A stretch of 64,000 nucleotides of DNA, taken from assembly GCA_002726235.1 (NCBI GenBank), contig PBSN01000002.1, positions 83,010 to 147,009 of the forward strand. The letters run 5' to 3'. The notes beneath the pieces were generated by a model, which ran no database searches, had not been told where the DNA came from, and saw only the letters and a program-made list of their open reading frames with translations. This stretch comes from Nitrospiraceae bacterium. GTDB lineage: Bacteria; Nitrospirota; Nitrospiria; Nitrospirales; UBA2166. Made by a program: the position numbers and the translations under genes. Every line of letters starts with the position of its first letter. The first letter of the stretch is position 1. This document shows, piece after piece, positions 59,097 through 64,000 of the stretch.

Positions 59097-60257
59097 TCAG
59101 CCAACAATTCGATTCACAAGATTCACAATATCGTCATCTACGATCATTTTCTTTTTGGCCGATAAATCCTTGAAGGACAAATAGACCTTATCGAAATCTT
59201 GCGGCCCGATGTCCAAACTCAATTCCATTATTTTTGTCCGCAACGCATGCTTGCCGGATAGCTTTCCCAGCATAAGATCAAACTTTCGAGCCCCGACTGT
59301 TTCCGGCTCGATAATTTGATAGGTTTCACTGTTGCACAGCATGCCGTGCTGATGAATTCCAGACTCATGCTTAAACGCGTTCTCCCCGACAATCGCCTTG
59401 TTGGGTGCGACCCTCATTCTTGAGAGCGCCTCGACCAACTTGCTCGTTTCCAGGATTGCTTTGGTATTAATATCAGCCTGAACTCCAAATTGGGTCGGCC
59501 TAGTCTTTAGCGCCATGACAACTTCTTCCATCGACGCGTTTCCTGCACGTTCCCCGATCCCGTTGATCGTGCATTCTGCCTGGCCTGCACCCGCGGCCAA
59601 GCCAGCCAACGTATTCGCAGTAGCCAACCCCAAATCGTCGTGGCAATGTGTAGATACCACCATATCTTTCACGCCTGCTACCTTGGCAAGTACGGTTTTG
59701 ACGATCGAAGCATACTCTGTAGGGATGGAGTACCCTACGGTGTCTGGAATTTCTAATGTTCGCGCTCCAGACTCCCCCGCAACGGTAAAAACACTGCACA
59801 AGAAGTCCAGATCGCTACGTGTCGCATCCTCAGCTGCAAATTCAACATCCTCGACCAACGATCGTGCGAACGCAACGGTTTCTCTCGTAAGATCAATTAC
59901 CTGCTCCCTAGTAAGGTTGAGTTTGTATTCTAGGTGCAAATCTGATGTCGCGAGGACAACCTGAATTCTTGGCTTAGCCGCTGGTCTGAGAGCTTCGTAC
60001 GCGCACTCGATATCGCGCTTATGGGCCCTGGCCATGGAACAGATCGTAGGGCCATCTGGAGAACCAAGTTCCATGGCAATACGGTTGACTCCTTGAAAGT
60101 CAGACTCTGACGCTACGGCAAACCCTGCTTCGATAATTGGAACATTCATGTTCACAAGCTGACGGGCAATCTCCAGCTTTTCCTCGGGAAAAAAATTGAC
60201 GCCAGGCGACTGTTCACCATCACGAAGCGTGATGTCATTTAACAGGATTCTTCTCAC
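59097..60257 (-). CDS. 2-isopropylmalate-synthase-like DRE-TIM acyltransferase lacking the regulatory domain
   Basis: DITLRDGEQSPG, EAGF, ATSDLH, EDATR, PDTVG, HCHDD.G, GERAGNA, HESGIH, GKLSG. About 386 aa from GTG 60257. Confidence 0.88.
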   Translation of the reverse strand: MRRILLNDITLRDGEQSPGVNFFPEEKLEIARQLVNMNVPIIEAGFAVASESDFQGVNRIAMELGSPDGPTICSMARAHKRDIECAYEALRPAAKPRIQVVLATSDLHLEYKLNLTREQVIDLTRETVAFARSLVEDVEFAAEDATRSDLDFLCSVFTVAGESGARTLEIPDTVGYSIPTEYASIVKTVLAKVAGVKDMVVSTHCHDDLGLATANTLAGLAAGAGQAECTINGIGERAGNASMEEVVMALKTRPTQFGVQADINTKAILETSKLVEALSRMRVAPNKAIVGENAFKHESGIHQHGMLCNSETYQIIEPETVGARKFDLMLGKLSGKHALRTKIMELSLDIGPQDFDKVYLSFKDLSAKKKMIVDDDIVNLVNRIVG

Positions 60258-60276
60258 GTTTTCACCATGAAAACCC

Positions 60277-61251
60277 TTATGTTGGGATTGATTCTCCGAG
60301 CAGGTTCTCACGATACCAACGTAACGTTTTTTGAATCCCCCCGTCGAGCGAGGTATTTGGCGTCCAGCCATACCGCGATTTCGCTTTATCGATATTCAAA
60401 TCAAGCTTGAAACCTATGCTAGGCTTTGTTAAATCGAATTCGGCTTTTAAATCCATTCCTGAAAACTGGATCATCTTGTGGACGAGGTCTCGAACCGAGA
60501 CTGATTTGCCTAACCCCAGATTGAGAAGTTCAAATGCCACGTTTTGCTTTTCTAAGGCCAGATGAATGAAGTCGATGAGGTCATCAACATAGAGAAAATC
60601 ACGCTCATCAGTCCCGTCACCCCAAACCATAATTTTTCCGTCCGTTGCAGTCAGTACCTTGGTCATCGTGGCACCAAATACATGTGATCGTTCCAGATCA
60701 AATTTATCGTGTGGGCCATAAATGTTTGAATGGCGAAGCACGGTGTATTTCGTTGAGCCTATTTGAGAATAAAACTCACACATTTTTTCGTGATACACCT
60801 TGGTCCATCCGCTGGCAAAATATTTCTCGTGTAGCTCTCCATTAAAATCTTCTTCTTTCACCGGTTCTTGCTGCTCTTGATACATCACTGTGCAACTCAG
60901 AAAAACCACATGCCCAACTCCTGCCTCATGGCTGGCGCGAAACAGAAGCGCATTCATGATTACGTTATCGGTGACATGGATATATGGACTGTTAACAATA
61001 TCTTTGGCGCCTGAGGTTGTTGCTGCGCTCTGAACAACAACATCCATACCCTGGACCACACGATATACATCATCTCGATTCGTCAGTTCGGCTTGAAGAT
61101 ATTCAACCGACGGAGTCTTATGAGGCACATCTGCTAGGTTCTGCCTACAAGTAGCGTAGACGTCATAGGCCGCATCTTTAGCAAAATACTCACATAGATT
61201 TCGACCAATAAATCCTGTTCCGCCGCAGACTAAGAGCTTCCGCCGCTTCAT
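60277..61251 (-). CDS. GDP-L-fucose-synthase-like extended SDR (non-canonical active site)
   Basis: GGTGFIG, NIYGPHDKF, SHV, VWGDG..ERDFLYVDD. YxxxK position reads SGWTK. ATG 61251 overlaps the upstream stop. Confidence 0.85.
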   Translation of the reverse strand: MKRRKLLVCGGTGFIGRNLCEYFAKDAAYDVYATCRQNLADVPHKTPSVEYLQAELTNRDDVYRVVQGMDVVVQSAATTSGAKDIVNSPYIHVTDNVIMNALLFRASHEAGVGHVVFLSCTVMYQEQQEPVKEEDFNGELHEKYFASGWTKVYHEKMCEFYSQIGSTKYTVLRHSNIYGPHDKFDLERSHVFGATMTKVLTATDGKIMVWGDGTDERDFLYVDDLIDFIHLALEKQNVAFELLNLGLGKSVSVRDLVHKMIQFSGMDLKAEFDLTKPSIGFKLDLNIDKAKSRYGWTPNTSLDGGIQKTLRWYRENLLGESIPT

Positions 61252-62216
61252 GTCTGACATCGTCCAATGTGTTTCTGATACCAATCAATCGTCCGCATCA
61301 GACCATCTCGAAGACTCACACGTGCTTCCCAACCCAACAGTTCTTTGGCTTTTGCTGGATCGGATACTCGATAAGGGATTGTCGCCGGTTTCTCAGGATC
61401 ATACGTCACCGACACGTCAAGATGCAGGATGTCCAAGATCACGGACACGAGATCCTTAATCGTGTATGCCTCCTTGGCGCTGATGTTTACCGGAGAGCAT
61501 GTCGCGTTCGTGTCAAGATTGATCATCAGGCCATCGACCAAATCATCAACGTATGTAAATGATCGAATTTGCTTTCCGTCTCCCCATACCTCGAACGGAT
61601 TCATCCCCTGTGTCGCCTTGACAATCAATGCCGGGATGACGTGACATTGATCGAGATTAAAGTTATCGTGCGGCCCGTAATACGCATTAGGGCGAACGAT
61701 TGCATATCTTGTCTTGCTGGTCATGTGACTGTATCGACACAGCGTTTCCAGATAACGCGTTGTCCAGCCTATACCATAATTTGTGGGAATCCATGGATCA
61801 CCTTGGAAGCCTTCACTTTCTACATTCGGTTTTCCCGTATCAGGATAGATATAACAGCTACTGATGAAACTACATCGATCCACCTTCATCTCTGCGGCCA
61901 GTACGATTAGTTTCGAATGTATATATAAATAATCTAAGATGAGGCTCGCTGGATTAGCTTGGATCTCCTTGGCACCGCGTACTCTGGCGGCTGCAAGAAA
62001 AACAATATCCATATCCGCAAACGCTGCGCGAGCCTTATTCTCGTCCATCAAATCACAAGACATAACCTCCAGGTTCGCGTGCTGCAGCAGCACCTTTCGA
62101 GTCGTATACTGCGTCGCTCTGACGAACGCGCCTTGTTCGAGAAGTTTTCGCACGAGGCTTTGCCCAACCAAGCCTGCGCCGCCAGCGACAAGAACGTTTT
62201 TCCCTCGGTAAAACAT
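61248..62216 (-). CDS. GDP-L-fucose-synthase-like extended SDR (non-canonical active site)
   Basis: GGAGLVG, FLAAA, YGPHDNF, HVIPALI, VWGDG..IRSFTYVDD. YxxxK position reads IGWTT. Confidence 0.85.
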   Translation of the reverse strand: MFYRGKNVLVAGGAGLVGQSLVRKLLEQGAFVRATQYTTRKVLLQHANLEVMSCDLMDENKARAAFADMDIVFLAAARVRGAKEIQANPASLILDYLYIHSKLIVLAAEMKVDRCSFISSCYIYPDTGKPNVESEGFQGDPWIPTNYGIGWTTRYLETLCRYSHMTSKTRYAIVRPNAYYGPHDNFNLDQCHVIPALIVKATQGMNPFEVWGDGKQIRSFTYVDDLVDGLMINLDTNATCSPVNISAKEAYTIKDLVSVILDILHLDVSVTYDPEKPATIPYRVSDPAKAKELLGWEARVSLRDGLMRTIDWYQKHIGRCQT

Positions 62217-62309
62217 GGTTGCTCAATTAGTAGGATAAGGGTGTGGATCTAGTACAGAATAGACGTGCTTTTCTTGTTCTTTAGAAATCCGTGCCGCTGC
62301 ATTTATCGC

Positions 62310-63350
62310 CTAGAAAGGTCCTTTGAAGTTTTTTTCGTAACTGTAGAACGATTCCCCACTCAGATCGGAATGTTCAAGGCCTAACATGCGTTCGACCGCC
62401 TGAATGATCGTCACTGCTGAAGGATAAAAGAGGTTTTCCAAGGGGCGAGTCGTTGGACATGGCACAGACGCGAAACCAAACCGTTCTACCGGCTTCTCCA
62501 GGACCTCAAAACACCTGTGACTAATGAGCGCAGCCAATTCAGCCCCGAACCCACAAAACACCCAGTCATAGTCGACAACAAGGCAATGCCTGGTTTTCAT
62601 GACGGATGAGGTGATCAGTCCCTCATCCAAAGGGGTAGCGGTTCGCACATCCACCACCTCCAACTCAACTCCTCGTTTAGCCAAAACGTCTGCCGCTTTC
62701 AATGCCTCAATGTTCATCCACGATGTCGCCACCACGGTCAAAGCATCACCTGTCCGACGTATGACGGACGACCCGAGGGGAATTTCCTCTTCCTCATCCA
62801 ACTCCCCTTCAACATCGTACAGCCACCGATGCTCCATGAAAATCACAGGATTGTCATCGCGAATCGAAGACCTCAATAGGCTATAGGCATCTTGAGGCGT
62901 CGTCGGAAGAACAACTTTCAGACCGGGAAAATGTGCAAATATCGAATGGAGTGATTTGCTATGTTGGGCCGACTGGCCCCACCCACGTCCGATGATAGCT
63001 CGAATCACTAATGGGATCTTCAGTCTGCCCGCACTCATATACCGCAGATTCGACACCATATTCGCAATCTGATTTATACCCAAAAGCATAAAATCCGCGC
63101 GGATATGTACGTGGACTGGCCTTAAACCTGAAGCGGCTGCTCCTAATGCAACACCGGTCATTGCATCCTCTGAGAGAGGGGTCCCAAAGCAACGATCCGT
63201 ACCGAACCGCTCGACCAAACCACGCGTACTTCCAAATATTCGCTTGTGATCCGGCACATCGAGGCCAAACACAAAAACCGTCGGATCTCTTTCCATCTCC
63301 CGCGTGAGAGCGAGGTTTAATGCCTTGCGAAATGTCGTCAGCGATGTCAT
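62310..63350 (-). CDS. TPP-dependent dehydrogenase E1 beta-like subunit
   Basis: TPLSE, GAAASGLRP, GRGWGQSAQHS, PGLKVV.P, DNPVIFMEHR, PCPT. Confidence 0.92.
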   Translation of the reverse strand: MTSLTTFRKALNLALTREMERDPTVFVFGLDVPDHKRIFGSTRGLVERFGTDRCFGTPLSEDAMTGVALGAAASGLRPVHVHIRADFMLLGINQIANMVSNLRYMSAGRLKIPLVIRAIIGRGWGQSAQHSKSLHSIFAHFPGLKVVLPTTPQDAYSLLRSSIRDDNPVIFMEHRWLYDVEGELDEEEEIPLGSSVIRRTGDALTVVATSWMNIEALKAADVLAKRGVELEVVDVRTATPLDEGLITSSVMKTRHCLVVDYDWVFCGFGAELAALISHRCFEVLEKPVERFGFASVPCPTTRPLENLFYPSAVTIIQAVERMLGLEHSDLSGESFYSYEKNFKGPF

Positions 63351-64000
63351 ACGAAAACATCGGTGTACAGCTCCGATGGAGCAGGGAATGGCGCCTGTTT
63401 TGCGGCTTGAATGCTTCGAGCAATCTTTTCATCCACCTCCGTTCGTATCGCGCGCAAGTCATCAAGCGAGCACTCGTTCCTGAGGAGATTTTTCTCAAAT
63501 CGAAGAACAGGATCGAGACGTGCCATTTCCGTCGACGCCGGCCGAAGCCTATACCCCACATCGAAGTCTTCTGCTATGCCAACATGCTCGAGAAACCGCA
63601 GATACGTAAGATGAAGAAACCCAGGTTTTGGTTGCTCAGACATTTGCTCCACCATCTGACGTGTCATCATGATGACCTCTTGGACATCGCTCCCATCCCC
63701 ACTCATGCAATAACACTCAAATCCCCCAACAATTTCTGATATGGATCGAAAGCCTTGTCGCGCAGCTGAAGGGGTATGGATCGCTAGATTATTGTCTTCA
63801 CACACAAACAGGATGCGAAGGCGATGCAAACAAGCAAAATTCATGCTCTCCCAGAAGCTACCTTCTTCCACCGCACCATCACCAAAAAAGGCAACCGCCA
63901 CGTCATCTGACTTCTTGTACTTGGCAGCAAATGCTGCACCTACCGCTAACGGAATTGTTGTTCCAACGACGGCCGATGTTGCGACCAAACCGCTCTCCGG
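63347..64000 (-). CDS. TPP-dependent dehydrogenase E1 alpha-like subunit, 5' end outside the window
   Basis: FFGDGAVEEG.FWES.NFA...FVCEDN, DGSD, YLRFLEHVG, YR, DP. Confidence 0.9.
   Translation of the reverse strand, partial: PESGLVATSAVVGTTIPLAVGAAFAAKYKKSDDVAVAFFGDGAVEEGSFWESMNFACLHRLRILFVCEDNNLAIHTPSAARQGFRSISEIVGGFECYCMSGDGSDVQEVIMMTRQMVEQMSEQPKPGFLHLTYLRFLEHVGIAEDFDVGYRLRPASTEMARLDPVLRFEKNLLRNECSLDDLRAIRTEVDEKIARSIQAAKQAPFPAPSELYTDVFV

Noticed and set aside
55630..60257. Calling these genes housekeeping hemN, pdhAB and leuA
   Set aside because: Key motifs diverge, partner genes (E2/E3, leuBCD, hem genes) are absent from the window, and the context is glycan biosynthesis
41287..60257. 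Phosphonate biosynthesis (LeuA-like enzyme, B12 radical SAMs and PhyH often occur there)
   Set aside because: No PEP mutase (EDKxxxxxNS motif) or phosphonopyruvate decarboxylase is seen in the window. It cannot be excluded beyond the right edge.
41..63739. Numerous plus-strand ORFs (for example 20701..21564 and 57493..58314) and short nested minus-strand ORFs
   Set aside because: They are antisense or out-of-frame shadows of well-supported minus-strand genes and show no recognisable motifs
1..64000. Integron cassettes, IS elements, CRISPR arrays, tRNA/rRNA or an ops/JUMPStart element
   Set aside because: I found no recurring attC-like palindromes, terminal inverted repeats, transposase/integrase ORFs, regularly spaced repeats or RNA gene signatures by eye. 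The operon leader lies outside the window.

Overview
The whole window is one co-oriented (all minus strand), tightly packed surface-glycan (O-antigen/capsule/EPS-type) biosynthesis mega-cluster of about 55 genes, truncated at both edges. I found no rRNA, tRNA, CRISPR array, transposase or integrase. In transcription order (right to left): (1) a radical/C-C-bond chemistry block with two TPP-dependent E1 alpha/beta pairs and no E2/E3, two non-canonical GDP-fucose-synthase-like SDRs, a truncated isopropylmalate-synthase-like enzyme, a HemN-like radical SAM, three B12-dependent radical SAMs (two broken by single in-frame stops), two TIGR00180-type glycosyltransferases, PhyH- and StrG-like Fe/2OG oxygenases, an aldo-keto reductase, a GDP-sugar 4,6-dehydratase, a heptose kinase and an aminotransferase; (2) a dehydroquinate-synthase-like cyclase block with GmhA, a YhcH-family protein and a cytidylyltransferase-cupin fusion; (3) a GDP-linked legionaminic-acid-type pathway with extra oxidoreductases, a sulfotransferase-fold protein, a GNAT and methyltransferases; (4) an aldolase/KdsB/HAD module; (5) a CDP-6-deoxyhexose module, two GT2s, a Wzy-like membrane protein and asnB. 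The best candidate for an undescribed system is blocks 1-2, which look like a route to branched or carbocyclic sugars. The locus also shows remodelling scars: a methyltransferase flanked by a diverged direct repeat of a gene junction, decayed gene fragments and nonsense mutations. All product calls come from motif recognition by eye, with no database search. The host taxon cannot be determined, and 7 single N bases indicate some assembly uncertainty.
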